A stretch of 55,528 bases of DNA, from positions 1 through 55,528 of the IMG/VR virus record IMGVR_UViG_3300032236_001351; one strand, written 5' to 3'. Below are positions 45,443 through 55,343 of the stretch, in pieces. The first letter of the stretch is position 1; each line of letters opens with the position of its first letter. The notes under the pieces were generated by a model. That model saw only the letters and a program-made list of their open reading frames with translations, ran no database searches and was not told the DNA's origin. The position numbers were made by a program, and so were the translations under genes. This DNA is from a virus (Duplodnaviria > Caudoviricetes).

Positions 45443-46255
45443 GTGATTGAAGTCAAAATTATATTGGATAGTATCTCCGAAAATGGAGATAGATTAACAA
45501 CTTTTGAATTGAAATACCCAAGATTTATTTTATCAGAATTTAACACACACAGAGTCTTTAGTCGTAATTCTGCTTCAAGTAGAGCAATTCCTGTGAAAAG
45601 AATGATTAAAGACGTTTTATCCGATCCCGTAGATCCGGTTTTTTGGGGAAAGAATAAATCAGGAATGCAGGCTTCAGAAGAACTTTCTGGAATTCGTCTT
45701 TTTTTAAGTAAACTGTTGTGGAAAACAGCTTCGATTTCTGCTATTTTCTTTGCTTATGGGTTAATGTTATTGGGCCTTCATAAACAAATAGCAAATAGAA
45801 TCATTGAACCTTGGATGTGGACTAAGACTATAGTATCTTCTACTGAGTGGGATAACTTTTTTACTTTGAGAGCGCATCCAGATGCTCAACCAGAATTCCA
45901 TTCTTTGGCAAATTTGATGTATGATGCATATTCAAGATCAGTACCAAAAATCTTAAAAATTGGAGAATGGCATTTGCCATATATAGATCATATGGAAAAA
46001 GTTACTTTCGTGAATGAAGATTTGATTAAAATGTCAGTAGCCCGTTGTGCTAGAGTGAGTTATTTGACTCATGATGGAAAAATCCCAGACCTAGATAAAG
46101 ATGCTTCATTATATGAAAAGTTGGTGGGATCAGAGCCTATCCATGCGTCCCCCACAGAGCATCAAGCTACTCCAAATAAAGATTCATCCTTTGATAAAAA
46201 TTTCAAAGGATGGCATCAACATAGAGCTGATATAGAATATAAATTTAAAAAGTGA
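45443..46255 (+). CDS. thyX: flavin-dependent thymidylate synthase
   Basis: EFNTHRVFSRNSASSRAIP, HKQ.ANR, AQPE, ARCARVSY, HASP.EH. Confidence 0.9.
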   Translation: MIEVKIILDSISENGDRLTTFELKYPRFILSEFNTHRVFSRNSASSRAIPVKRMIKDVLSDPVDPVFWGKNKSGMQASEELSGIRLFLSKLLWKTASISAIFFAYGLMLLGLHKQIANRIIEPWMWTKTIVSSTEWDNFFTLRAHPDAQPEFHSLANLMYDAYSRSVPKILKIGEWHLPYIDHMEKVTFVNEDLIKMSVARCARVSYLTHDGKIPDLDKDASLYEKLVGSEPIHASPTEHQATPNKDSSFDKNFKGWHQHRADIEYKFKK

Positions 46256-46260
46256 AAAAT

Positions 46261-46842
46261 ATGATTAATACAAGAGATGATGTTTTACGTTTTATGATTG
46301 CTGGGGATCAAACTGAATATGGTTTTGGTTCTCAATCAGATCTCTATTTGAAATTGATTACGGAAGAAGTAATTCATGAAACATTAAAAGGATTCGATAA
46401 AAACGACATTATAGAAATCGCTGATGGAATTGCTGATAGCATTTGGGTTATTGAGGGTATGGCAATTTCGTTAAAGTTAGATCTTCGTGATATTTGGGAT
46501 GATGTGAATTATATGGGACAATTTTATGATGTTCCACTAGACAAGAACGTAATAGTGAATACGCTAATTCGAGATTATGTTAATGTAAGAGAAAGTTATA
46601 GATTCTCAAATGAACATTTCCTCAAATCTCCCTTAGTTAATTTGATTAATGGTTTAGTACAACTAAGTAAATCTTATAATATTCCTCTTCAGGAAGTCTG
46701 GGATGAAGTTGCTAGAAGTAATTCTAGTAAGATTTCTGAAAATGGAAAAGTAATCAAGAATGAAAATGGTAAGATTATGAAGCCTGACACTTTTAGCCCC
46801 GCAAACGTCAGAGCAATTCTGGAAAAACATAATTTAGTTTAA
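46261..46842 (+). CDS. MazG/PRA-PH-like NTP pyrophosphohydrolase
   Basis: LITEE..E, EIADGIAD, WDEV.RSN.SK, GKIMKP. Confidence 0.8.
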   Translation: MINTRDDVLRFMIAGDQTEYGFGSQSDLYLKLITEEVIHETLKGFDKNDIIEIADGIADSIWVIEGMAISLKLDLRDIWDDVNYMGQFYDVPLDKNVIVNTLIRDYVNVRESYRFSNEHFLKSPLVNLINGLVQLSKSYNIPLQEVWDEVARSNSSKISENGKVIKNENGKIMKPDTFSPANVRAILEKHNLV

Positions 46843-46866
46843 ATACAAAAATAATAAGGAAAGTTT

Positions 46867-48693
46867 ATGGAATATATGGGAATTAATATCGATTTGAGTA
46901 GAGATGACCTTTTTGATTCTCTTGGTATCAAGCGATTAAAAGAATCTTATATGAGAGAAGATGAAGAATCTCCTCAACAAAGATTTGCATTTGTCTCTAA
47001 TGCTTTTTCGTCTAATATTGAACATGCTCAGAGATTATATGATTATTCTTCCAGACATTGGCTTTCTTTCGCTACGCCCATTCTTTCTTATGGGAAGTCA
47101 AAAAACGGTCTTCCTATTTCATGTTTCTTATCCTTCATGCAAGATTCATCTACTGGATTAGTGGATACCCTTTCTGAAGTTAATACTCTATCAATGCTTG
47201 GTGGAGGAGTTGGTATTGGAGTAGATATTCGTTCTGCTGACGATAAGTCTGTTGGAGTTATGCCTCATTTAAAGATTTATGATGCATCTTGTTTAGCATA
47301 TCGTCAGGGAAAGACCCGAAGAGGAAGTTATGCAACTTATCTTAGAATTGATCATCCTGATGTATTGATGTTTCTGGAAATGAGAAAACCTACTGGAGAC
47401 CAGAATATTAAATGTTTGAATCTCCATCATGGAATCATTATCACAGATAAGTTCATGAATATTATTGAACAATGTATGCTAGATCCTAATTTTGATGATA
47501 GTTGGGATCTTTATGATACACATAACCCAACGAATATTAAAGATACAGTATCAGCAAAAGAACTTTGGCAAAAAATCCTTGAGATGAGGATGCAAACCGG
47601 AGAACCTTATATTCTTTTTATTGATACTGCAAATGAAAAGTTGCCAGAATTCCAAAAGAATCTTGGATTAGAAATCAAACAATCTAATATTTGTACAGAA
47701 ATCCTACTTCCCACTAATGAAGAAAGGACTGCGGTTTGTTGTTTGTCTTCAGTAAATCTCCGTTATTATGATGAATATAAAGATAATTATCAATTTTTCA
47801 GAGATATTGCTGAAATGTTGGATAATGTACTCACTAAATTTATCGAAAATGCTCCTGATGCCATAGCTAGAGCAAAATTTTCCGCTATGAGAGAAAGAGC
47901 TATCGGGATTGGTACTCTAGGATTCCATACTTATTTACAACAGAACAATCTTCCTTTCGAATCTGCTATGGCTAAATCTAGAAATATGCAAATTTTTAAG
48001 AATATTCGTGAAAAGTTGGACCAAGTTAATGTTGAATTAGGTGAGGAAAGAGGAAATTGTCCTGATTTTGATGAAGGAATGAATTCCCTTTTGGACAACG
48101 GCCAGAGATTATATAAAAGATTTAGTCATATGGTTTCTATTGCTCCTACTGCTAGCACAAGTTTAATTATGGGTAATATTTCTCCTTCTATTGAACCATA
48201 TAGGGCAAACGCTTATAGACAAGATACCATGTCAGGTTCGCATTTGAATAAAAATCATGTTCTTGATGGGCTGATTAAGAAAAAAATAGAAGAAAATACA
48301 AAATTGAATTATGATGAAATTTGGCTTGATATAGTTACTACAGATGGATCTATCCAACATATGGATATTTTTACACAAGATGAGAAAGATGTATTCAAGA
48401 CTGCTATGGAAATTGATCAACGTTGGGTCGTAGAATTAGCATCAGATAGACAGGTTTACATTGACCAAACTCAATCTGTAAATTTATTTTTTAGGCCAGA
48501 TGCCCATATTAAATATCTTCATGCTATTCATTTTATGGCGTGGAAGTCAAAGCTTCCTACTCTTTATTATTGTAGGTCGGATAGTTTGAAGAAAGCAGAT
48601 AAAGTGTCTAAACAAATTGAAAGGCAGATAATTGAAGAGATTAATCTTCATGACCTAATTAATGGTGATGATTGTATCGCTTGCCACTCATAA
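46867..48693 (+). CDS. nrdA: ribonucleotide reductase class Ia alpha subunit
   Basis: ATP, ISCF, GGGVG, SNICTE, VCCL, APTAS, LYY, C-terminal CIAC. Confidence 0.96.
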   Translation: MEYMGINIDLSRDDLFDSLGIKRLKESYMREDEESPQQRFAFVSNAFSSNIEHAQRLYDYSSRHWLSFATPILSYGKSKNGLPISCFLSFMQDSSTGLVDTLSEVNTLSMLGGGVGIGVDIRSADDKSVGVMPHLKIYDASCLAYRQGKTRRGSYATYLRIDHPDVLMFLEMRKPTGDQNIKCLNLHHGIIITDKFMNIIEQCMLDPNFDDSWDLYDTHNPTNIKDTVSAKELWQKILEMRMQTGEPYILFIDTANEKLPEFQKNLGLEIKQSNICTEILLPTNEERTAVCCLSSVNLRYYDEYKDNYQFFRDIAEMLDNVLTKFIENAPDAIARAKFSAMRERAIGIGTLGFHTYLQQNNLPFESAMAKSRNMQIFKNIREKLDQVNVELGEERGNCPDFDEGMNSLLDNGQRLYKRFSHMVSIAPTASTSLIMGNISPSIEPYRANAYRQDTMSGSHLNKNHVLDGLIKKKIEENTKLNYDEIWLDIVTTDGSIQHMDIFTQDEKDVFKTAMEIDQRWVVELASDRQVYIDQTQSVNLFFRPDAHIKYLHAIHFMAWKSKLPTLYYCRSDSLKKADKVSKQIERQIIEEINLHDLINGDDCIACHS

Positions 48694-48703
48694 GGATAAT
48701 ATT

Positions 48704-49678
48704 ATGGTAAAAAAGAAATTAAAGTTGACTGACCCAAGAACTACATTTAAACCTTTTAGTCATCCTGAGTTTTATGAATATTGGTTAACACATGAAAAAA
48801 TGCACTGGATTCATTCTGAAGTAGAATTAGTTCAGGATATTAAAGATTGGCAGAATAATTTATCCAAAGAAGAAAAATATTTCCTTACTAATATTTTTAG
48901 ATTCTTTACTCAAAGTGATATTGATGTTGCTGGTGGTTATGTCAACAATTATTTACCAATTCTTCGCCAGCCAGAACTTCGTATGATGCTTCTCGGATTT
49001 GCTTCCAGAGAAGCCGTTCATATTGCTGCTTATTCGCATCTTATTGAAACTCTGGGTATGCCTGAGTCAACCTATAGTGAATTTCTTGAATATGAAGCTA
49101 TGAAAAATAAGCATGAATATATCGAATCATTTGTTGGTTTGGATAATAAACATATAGCACAACAAATAGCTTTATTTTCTGCCTTTACTGAAGGTATGCA
49201 ATTGTTTAGTTCTTTTGTTATGCTTCTGAATTTTCCAAGAAGAGGGAAGATGAAAGGAATGGGTCAAATCATTTCTTGGTCAATTTTGGATGAACAACTC
49301 CATTGTGAGGCGATGATCAAAGTATTTCGTATTTTTATTGAAGAAAATAGAGATATATGGAAAGATGATTTGAAATCCGAATTATATACTATTGCTGAAA
49401 AAATGGTTGAATTGGAAGATTCTTTTATTGATGCTTGTTATGAAATGGGAGAATGTGAAGGGCTTGATATTGATGATCTCAAGAAATATATTAGATATAT
49501 TTGTGATCGTAGATTAATTTCCATGGGACTAAAAGGAGTTTTTAAGGTTAAGAAGAATCCACTGCCTTGGGTTGATGAAATGATTTCTGCTCCACAACAT
49601 ACTAATTTCTTTGAAAATAGGGCTACTGCTTATGCTAAAGGAGCACTGAGTGGATCTTGGAGTGATGTTTGGGCTTAA
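48704..49678 (+). CDS. nrdB: ribonucleotide reductase class Ia beta subunit
   Basis: FFTQSD, EAVHIAAY, EGMQLFSSF, DEQLH, NFFENR; ATG at 48704. Confidence 0.95.
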   Translation: MVKKKLKLTDPRTTFKPFSHPEFYEYWLTHEKMHWIHSEVELVQDIKDWQNNLSKEEKYFLTNIFRFFTQSDIDVAGGYVNNYLPILRQPELRMMLLGFASREAVHIAAYSHLIETLGMPESTYSEFLEYEAMKNKHEYIESFVGLDNKHIAQQIALFSAFTEGMQLFSSFVMLLNFPRRGKMKGMGQIISWSILDEQLHCEAMIKVFRIFIEENRDIWKDDLKSELYTIAEKMVELEDSFIDACYEMGECEGLDIDDLKKYIRYICDRRLISMGLKGVFKVKKNPLPWVDEMISAPQHTNFFENRATAYAKGALSGSWSDVWA

Positions 49679-49679
49679 T

Positions 49680-50063
49680 ATGAAAACAGTAGCATTTATA
49701 CGAGGTAAATTTGATCCTATTTGTACAAAACATCTTGAAATTTTCTCGGAATTAAGAGAAAAATATGATTTTATTAGTGTTTTGATTGAATCTGATGAAA
49801 ATGAATTTCCTATATTGAATTTAAGTGGAAGAATTAAAGTTCTAAATAGTTTGAATGTTGTCGATGATGTTTCTGTATATTGTATATTTAATCTTAAGTG
49901 TCTGGAAGAGAAATACAAACATAATATAAAGGATTATACTTTATTATCTGATGGAGAACTATATATGGAACAACCTGCAAAAATTGAATTTGTATATTTA
50001 ATGGAAGAAAATTATATTAAAAACGGAGAAATTAATGAAGAAAAAGATAAACATTATATGTGA
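49680..50063 (+). CDS. degenerate cytidylyltransferase-like protein
   Basis: G.FDP...H, P....R..VL.SL..VDDV; HIGH motif altered. Confidence 0.5.
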   Translation: MKTVAFIRGKFDPICTKHLEIFSELREKYDFISVLIESDENEFPILNLSGRIKVLNSLNVVDDVSVYCIFNLKCLEEKYKHNIKDYTLLSDGELYMEQPAKIEFVYLMEENYIKNGEINEEKDKHYM

Positions 50064-50226
50064 TGAATGTGAATCTGAGTTTGATCTAAATTTTAATGAG
50101 AAATTTGTGAAAGATTACGAAGAAATTTACTGTCCTTTCTGTAAAGAAGTGATCGAATCATCTGATGAAAAAGAAGAAGACGATGATGAAGGTCCAATTC
50201 AGATGGACATGTGGGAAGAAGAGTGA
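50035..50226 (+). CDS. small zinc-ribbon protein
   Basis: CDEC...CPFC with an acidic tail. Confidence 0.7.
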   Translation: MKKKINIICDECESEFDLNFNEKFVKDYEEIYCPFCKEVIESSDEKEEDDDEGPIQMDMWEEE

Positions 50227-50624
50227 GTCCTTGGACTTACGAAGGTGAAATTTTTACAGATCCACAAAATGCTTGGGGATTTGTATATGAAATTATTGAT
50301 TTAACCAATAATAAGCGTTATATTGGAAAAAAGCAGTTTCTATTTAAGAGAACAAAAACAGTCAAAGGAAAAAGAAAAAGAACTTTGGTTGAATCTGATT
50401 GGCAATCGTATTTCGGTTCCAGTGATACCCTAAAAGAAGAAATATTAACAAAAGGGATTGATAATTTTGAAAGAAAAATACTTAGAATCTGTTATTCCAA
50501 ATCTGAATGTAGTTATTGGGAAGCAAAATATCAATTTGAATATGACGTATTACTAAAACCAGATGAATTTTACAACGAATGGATTAGTTGTAAAGTAAGT
50601 AGAAGACATTTGGTAAAAAAGTAG
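50223..50624 (+). CDS. denA: GIY-YIG endonuclease (T4 endonuclease II / DenA-like)
   Basis: GFVY...RYIGKK, ESDW..Y.GS, E..Q, FYN; single domain, located after nrdB. Confidence 0.65.
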   Translation: MSPWTYEGEIFTDPQNAWGFVYEIIDLTNNKRYIGKKQFLFKRTKTVKGKRKRTLVESDWQSYFGSSDTLKEEILTKGIDNFERKILRICYSKSECSYWEAKYQFEYDVLLKPDEFYNEWISCKVSRRHLVKK

Positions 50625-50659
50625 TTTACTTTATTGGCTGTTTATTATATTATTAAATT

Positions 50660-51019
50660 ATGGAAATAACTATTCGTGAAATTATTGATGATAAAAGGAT
50701 TGATGGTATCTGCTTTAGTCCGTTAGAGGCTGATGGAGATGTTGCCTTCAGTGGATTCTCTTATGAAAAAAAGAGTAAATATGAAAAAAGCAGTATTGGA
50801 AACAGGTATCATATCCTTTTATATAAAATTTGTGATGAAGGATTTGTTGAAAAGTTAGATTTATTCGAAGCAACTTTAACTGATCCTACAATTTATATTA
50901 AACATATAATTGATTGTGGTTTTTATGGGATTGTATTTAGAAAGACAAAGAAATCTCAAAAAATTGCAAACGATCTGCATAAAAAATATAAGATGTTAGA
51001 AAATGAGCAGAGTAACTAA
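50660..51019 (+). CDS. hypothetical protein
   Basis: ORF coupled to the next gene. Confidence 0.6.
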   Translation: MEITIREIIDDKRIDGICFSPLEADGDVAFSGFSYEKKSKYEKSSIGNRYHILLYKICDEGFVEKLDLFEATLTDPTIYIKHIIDCGFYGIVFRKTKKSQKIANDLHKKYKMLENEQSN

Positions 51020-52091
51020 CCTTGAATACAAATATGTTGGTGGAGAACCAGATTGGAGCAAACCAACTACAACATTAATTAATGCCCTTTCCTGGTATTC
51101 TAATCAATGTGGTCCTAAAGAATCCAAAAAATATACACTAGATTATCTTAAAAAGAATAATTACAGTAAAAATATTATTGAAAAGATTTCATCGGTTGAT
51201 GAGTGGAAATTCAAAAATTTAGGTTTTTGTTGTAGAGTGATAATGAATGGTGCTATTCTTGAGGAAACGCAATTAAATTGGATTCATAGTAAAATTGATG
51301 AATTATCTAACTATAATGAATCTGATGAAAAGGTTTCTGAATTTGATAAGCCAAAAGAAACAGTAACTATTCAAGATAGAATCTATATTCAGTGTAATAA
51401 TTTTATATCTGAACTCGAAGATTTTGTTGATCAATTTGTCAAAACCAAGACTAAGATTGATTTTAATCCGTATGATTGGTTCATTAAGAATGAAATTAAA
51501 GCTGTTCATGCGAAACATATCATTGATCATTTCACACCATTAATTGAAGAATTGAAATTAGTTATTTCAAAAAAAGATGATGATCTTGTTGAGGGTTATT
51601 CAAATTTCAAAAAGACTGAATTGAAAAATTATTATGACTTAGTTCAATCTATACTTGACGATTGTTCAAAAATCATAGATAATAAGAAAATAACCAAAAA
51701 ACCAAGAAAGAAGAAAGCTGTTTCTCTTGACAAAAAGGTTGCTAAAGTTCAGTATAAGAAAGATGATAAAGACTTCAAGTTGGTGTCTATCAATCCAGTT
51801 GATATTATTGGATCAAAACAATTAGTAGTTTTTAATACCAAGACTAAAAAATTAGGAATTTATATTAGTAAAGATGATTCTGGTTTTTCGATTAAGGGTA
51901 CTACTCTCGAAAATTTCGATGATTTATTATCTGTAAGTAAGACTTTAAGAAAACCTCTTGATGTTCTCCCCTTGGTTTCAAAAGCAAAGAAAACAGAACT
52001 TAAAAAGATCATGAATGGAATTAATGCTAAAGATTCTCCTTTGAATGGTAGAATTAATTCCGATACAATTTTGATAAAAGTTATAAAATAG
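51003..52091 (+). CDS. conserved T4-like hypothetical protein
   Basis: G.EP.W, DL.EGYS, S.NP..I.G...L.VFNTK, KGTT, KTLRKP, NGRIN. Confidence 0.7.
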   Translation: MSRVTNLEYKYVGGEPDWSKPTTTLINALSWYSNQCGPKESKKYTLDYLKKNNYSKNIIEKISSVDEWKFKNLGFCCRVIMNGAILEETQLNWIHSKIDELSNYNESDEKVSEFDKPKETVTIQDRIYIQCNNFISELEDFVDQFVKTKTKIDFNPYDWFIKNEIKAVHAKHIIDHFTPLIEELKLVISKKDDDLVEGYSNFKKTELKNYYDLVQSILDDCSKIIDNKKITKKPRKKKAVSLDKKVAKVQYKKDDKDFKLVSINPVDIIGSKQLVVFNTKTKKLGIYISKDDSGFSIKGTTLENFDDLLSVSKTLRKPLDVLPLVSKAKKTELKKIMNGINAKDSPLNGRINSDTILIKVIK

Positions 52092-52098
52092 GTACAAT

Positions 52099-52941
52099 AT
52101 GACCGTTTTAATTGATTCCAACCAGTTATTCATTTCTGGAATCATGGCAAATCTCTCACCAAGAGATACATTAGAAGAAAATTTAGTAAAACATATTATT
52201 TTAAATACTCTTCGTTCTAATGTGAAAAAATTTAAAGAATATGGTGAAGTAGTTATTTGTTGTGACAGTAAAAAATACTGGAGAAAGGAAGTATTTCCAC
52301 ACTATAAAGCACACAGAGCAAAAGATAGAGAAAAATCCGATTGGGATTGGAATACAATCTTTAAAGTTATTAATTCTCTCAAGACTGATTTGAAAGATCA
52401 CTTTCCATACAGAGTAGTTGAAGTTGAAGGTGCTGAAGCAGATGATGTTATTGGAACCTTAACTCCAAGATTATCTTCATTTGAAAATGTATTAATCCTG
52501 AGCAGTGACAAAGATTTTGTTCAACTTCAGAAATATAAGAATGTTAAGCAATATAATCCGATGTTAGGAGTTTATGTTACTTCAGCAGATCCTATATCTG
52601 ATCTTAAAGAAAAGATCATCAAAGGAGATCGTGGAGACGGTCTTCCGTCCGTTGCCAATGGTGATACTGTCTTGGTTGAAGGTATTAGACAAAAACCAAT
52701 TTCTGCTAAAAAGTTACAACATTGGATGGAATCTGATGTTAAGACTGTAATGGACGAAGAAACTTATCGAAATTATCTTAGAAATGATCTTTTAATTAAT
52801 TTTGATAACATTCCAGAACAACTTCGTCAATCTATTGTTGATGAATATGATTCTGTGAAAGGTAATTCAAAACAAAAGCTATATAACTACTTGGTAAGTA
52901 ATAAAATGGTTTCATTACTTGAAGTTATTGATGAATTTTAG
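52099..52941 (+). CDS. rnh: T4 RNase H (5'-3' exonuclease/flap endonuclease)
   Basis: LID, CCD...YWR....YK..R, EADD, SSDKDF.QL, GDRGDG. Confidence 0.93.
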   Translation: MTVLIDSNQLFISGIMANLSPRDTLEENLVKHIILNTLRSNVKKFKEYGEVVICCDSKKYWRKEVFPHYKAHRAKDREKSDWDWNTIFKVINSLKTDLKDHFPYRVVEVEGAEADDVIGTLTPRLSSFENVLILSSDKDFVQLQKYKNVKQYNPMLGVYVTSADPISDLKEKIIKGDRGDGLPSVANGDTVLVEGIRQKPISAKKLQHWMESDVKTVMDEETYRNYLRNDLLINFDNIPEQLRQSIVDEYDSVKGNSKQKLYNYLVSNKMVSLLEVIDEF

Positions 52942-52949
52942 AGAAAAAT

Positions 52950-53399
52950 ATGAAAAGATTCGCATATGAAATTTTAGAGAAGATTGAAAATGCTTCATCT
53001 AAAGACGAAAAGAAAAAGATTTTAGCTGAAAATGATGCTCCTTGGTTCAGAACATATCTTAAATGTGCTTTTGATCCAGATATTCAATTTTATGCTGATA
53101 AATTCCCAGATCAATACAAAGAACCAAAGGATGTTCTTCCTGGAATTAGTTATTCTGATATTCAATCTGAAATTAAAAGAGTATACTTATTCCAAAAAGG
53201 AAATCCAACTGCGGATAATTTGACTGAATCTAAAAGGAATATTCTATTAGTTCAGATGTTAGAATCATTTGAACCAAAAGAAGCTGTTGCATTTTATAAG
53301 ATGCTAAACAAAGACCTTAAAACCAAAGGTTTAACGTATAAACTTGTAGAGGAAATTTTTCCAGGACTGTTACCACAAAAAAATGAGCAAAAAGACTAA
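52950..53399 (+). CDS. conserved T4-like hypothetical protein
   Basis: EIL, L..AFDP, L..SKR....QMLE...P.EA, GLT..LV.E.FPGL; usual position after rnh. Confidence 0.7.
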   Translation: MKRFAYEILEKIENASSKDEKKKILAENDAPWFRTYLKCAFDPDIQFYADKFPDQYKEPKDVLPGISYSDIQSEIKRVYLFQKGNPTADNLTESKRNILLVQMLESFEPKEAVAFYKMLNKDLKTKGLTYKLVEEIFPGLLPQKNEQKD

Positions 53400-53520
53400 A
53401 CTCAAAGATTTTGATCCAATCGAATCTAAGAAGAGAAAGAAAAACAAGGAAATCGATACTAAATTTGATCCTTCCCGTAAAAACAAGAAATATTTTTTAA
53501 AGACCCATGAATACATCTAA
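53383..53520 (+). CDS. small basic hypothetical protein (45 aa)
   Basis: Manual translation MSKKTKLKDFDPIESKKRKK...; fills the gap and overlaps both neighbours. Confidence 0.45.
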   Translation: MSKKTKLKDFDPIESKKRKKNKEIDTKFDPSRKNKKYFLKTHEYI

Positions 53521-53701
53521 AGTAATTTTTGAATCTCTAAATTCCAAACCATTTTCTTATGGCGAAGCACTTTCTGTCATTCTAGAAAATAACGGAAAAC
53601 CAATCTCATCAATGCCAGAAGAAGATTTCGTATTTCCTGATAATTCAGTTATTCGATTGACCAATGAATCCGTTCGAATCGTTGGATTACTACAAGAATG
53701 A
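53507..53701 (+). CDS. hypothetical protein
   Basis: Coupled ORF. Confidence 0.5.
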   Translation: MNTSKVIFESLNSKPFSYGEALSVILENNGKPISSMPEEDFVFPDNSVIRLTNESVRIVGLLQE

Positions 53702-53853
53702 AATATCTACTTGATTTATGTCTTGTTATTGGTTGGATTGCAGGAGTTTATGTGATCCAATCAATACCCCTCAAGATGCTTGCCTTCATTTTCCCTCCAT
53801 ATGCATGGTATGAATTTGTTGGCGCAATAATCACAAAATACAATCTACTTTGA
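53698..53853 (+). CDS. small membrane protein (51 aa)
   Basis: Manual translation MKYLLDLCLVIGWIAGV...FIFPPYAWY...; ATGA overlap. Confidence 0.55.
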   Translation: MKYLLDLCLVIGWIAGVYVIQSIPLKMLAFIFPPYAWYEFVGAIITKYNLL

Positions 53854-53910
53854 TTGTTTGTGTCAATCCGTCAGTTCAATCTGACATTTTTTAACTTTAG
53901 GAGAAATATA

Positions 53911-54315
53911 ATGAGTAAAATCATTTCTATTATTTTTGCAGTTGCTTTTGTAACTGGTTGTTCAACTGTTTCTGGTTATAAGCCAACTGTTAATGAACGC
54001 GCATATACAAAAGCAGTTAGTCAAGAAAAGATTTCAAGTGATCTTGATTACTGTAAGGGTCTTGCTGCTGAAACGGCTGGTTGGACAAAAGAAACAGTCG
54101 GAGATGTTCTCGTAGCTTCTTCTGGTGCAGCTGCTGTTGGTGCATTATCTGGTGCTTTGATTCCTGGTGCTGTATCGGCTGGAACAGGCGCTGTTGTTGG
54201 TGCTCCAATTGGAGCTGTAGTAGGTCTTTATTATGGTCTATATGAGGCAGATGAAACCTATAAACGTTCATATAATAGTTGTATGAGCCAGCTTGGTCAT
54301 CCTGTAGTTTGGTAA
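53911..54315 (+). CDS. glycine-zipper lipoprotein
   Basis: RBS AGGAG, signal peptide with lipobox VTGC, GxxxG repeats, C...C pair. Confidence 0.8.
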   Translation: MSKIISIIFAVAFVTGCSTVSGYKPTVNERAYTKAVSQEKISSDLDYCKGLAAETAGWTKETVGDVLVASSGAAAVGALSGALIPGAVSAGTGAVVGAPIGAVVGLYYGLYEADETYKRSYNSCMSQLGHPVVW

Positions 54316-54326
54316 TATAATCAAAT

Positions 54327-54348
54327 AAGGGACTTCGGTCCCTTTTTT
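54327..54348 (+). terminator. intrinsic terminator with a cUUCGg loop
   Basis: AAGGGAC-TTCG-GTCCCTT-TTTT. Confidence 0.9.
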
Positions 54349-54362
54349 AATACACTAAATTT

Positions 54363-54370
54363 TATAAATA
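54363..54370 (+). promoter_or_regulatory. late promoter TATAAATA
   Basis: Exact consensus 31 nt before the ATG at 54402. Confidence 0.75.
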
Positions 54371-54401
54371 CTTTTATTTAATCAAATAAGGTATTATTAA
54401 T

Positions 54402-55343
54402 ATGCAATCTTATAAACAATATGTTCTAAGTCTTATTTCCGAAGAAGTTGAACTTCTGGATGAATCTCATAAGAAGTTTGCTGAAGAAATGTCTCAAGAT
54501 GAAATGAATGATTTTGTTGATAAACACGTTGAAAAAACTGATGGTTTATCTGCATCTGAAACTCCTGATAAGTGGAAATCTCATTATCCAAATGCTCCAA
54601 GAATGGAACAAAAACATCTTGATGCCGTACTTGGTCATATTGCCGAAAGAATCGATAGTCATCCCCATGCAGTAAAAATTGCTCATCATCATAATGGATG
54701 GGTTGCTTCTAGGGCTGGAAAACAACAGAGACATCATACGAAGGAACTGGCAGCTGCATTAATGTCATCTCCTCATAGAAATCTTGGCTCCAAGGCTCAT
54801 AGAGAATATGCTGAACCACAAGGAAACGCAATAGTTCATTCTATTAGAACTGGTGAAAGTAATCAAAGTGAATTCAAAGTTCCTACTGCTAGAAAAGCAG
54901 ATGAAATTGGTGGTGGTTATAATCCAAGAAAGAAACCTTCTTCAGCAGTTCCTACTACCGATGACTCTTCCTATACTGTAGGAAAACAACCTTCATCTGA
55001 AGAAAAACCAAAAGCAAAAAAGATTATACAAAAGAAAGCACAAAAGAAGGTAACACCTGCTTCTCCAGTTGAACCAGTAAAGGCAGCTACAAAGCCTATT
55101 ACTAAGAAATCTAGTTCTTCTGAATTATCTTCAGAAGAAGTTCATCCTTCTAAAACCGATTGGGATAATGCTGATAAAGTAACCCATATTAAGAAAGGTG
55201 GAAAGGTTGTTGGTGCTGTTGTTTCAACTGGAAAAACCCACGCATCCTACAAAGTAAAAGGTAGAGATTTTGATTCAATGAAACCCGATCACGCTTCCCA
55301 TGAAGATGCTATTAAACATGCTATGAGTCAATTGTCCAAATAA
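54402..55343 (+). CDS. late His/Lys-rich protein, probable internal head protein
   Basis: Own late promoter and terminator; MQSYKQY...LISEE start; low-complexity K/S/P linker. Confidence 0.6.
   Translation: MQSYKQYVLSLISEEVELLDESHKKFAEEMSQDEMNDFVDKHVEKTDGLSASETPDKWKSHYPNAPRMEQKHLDAVLGHIAERIDSHPHAVKIAHHHNGWVASRAGKQQRHHTKELAAALMSSPHRNLGSKAHREYAEPQGNAIVHSIRTGESNQSEFKVPTARKADEIGGGYNPRKKPSSAVPTTDDSSYTVGKQPSSEEKPKAKKIIQKKAQKKVTPASPVEPVKAATKPITKKSSSSELSSEEVHPSKTDWDNADKVTHIKKGGKVVGAVVSTGKTHASYKVKGRDFDSMKPDHASHEDAIKHAMSQLSK

Noticed and set aside
45690-45790. Hydrophobic stretch in ThyX suggesting a membrane anchor
   Set aside because: It occupies the position of an internal helix leading into the conserved HKQ.ANR motif; insufficient evidence for a TM segment
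50190-50226. QMDMW tail of the zinc-ribbon protein as a host beta-clamp motif
   Set aside because: Only a loose match to QL(S/D)LF in an acidic tail; no other support
11114-54737. Many short minus-strand ORFs opposite core genes (e.g. 12462-12818, 12843-13232, 26027-26482, 39425-39829, 49529-49918) and short nested plus-strand ORFs
   Set aside because: Ser/Leu/Phe/Ile-rich antisense or off-frame translations typical of AT-rich coding DNA; fully overlap confident genes
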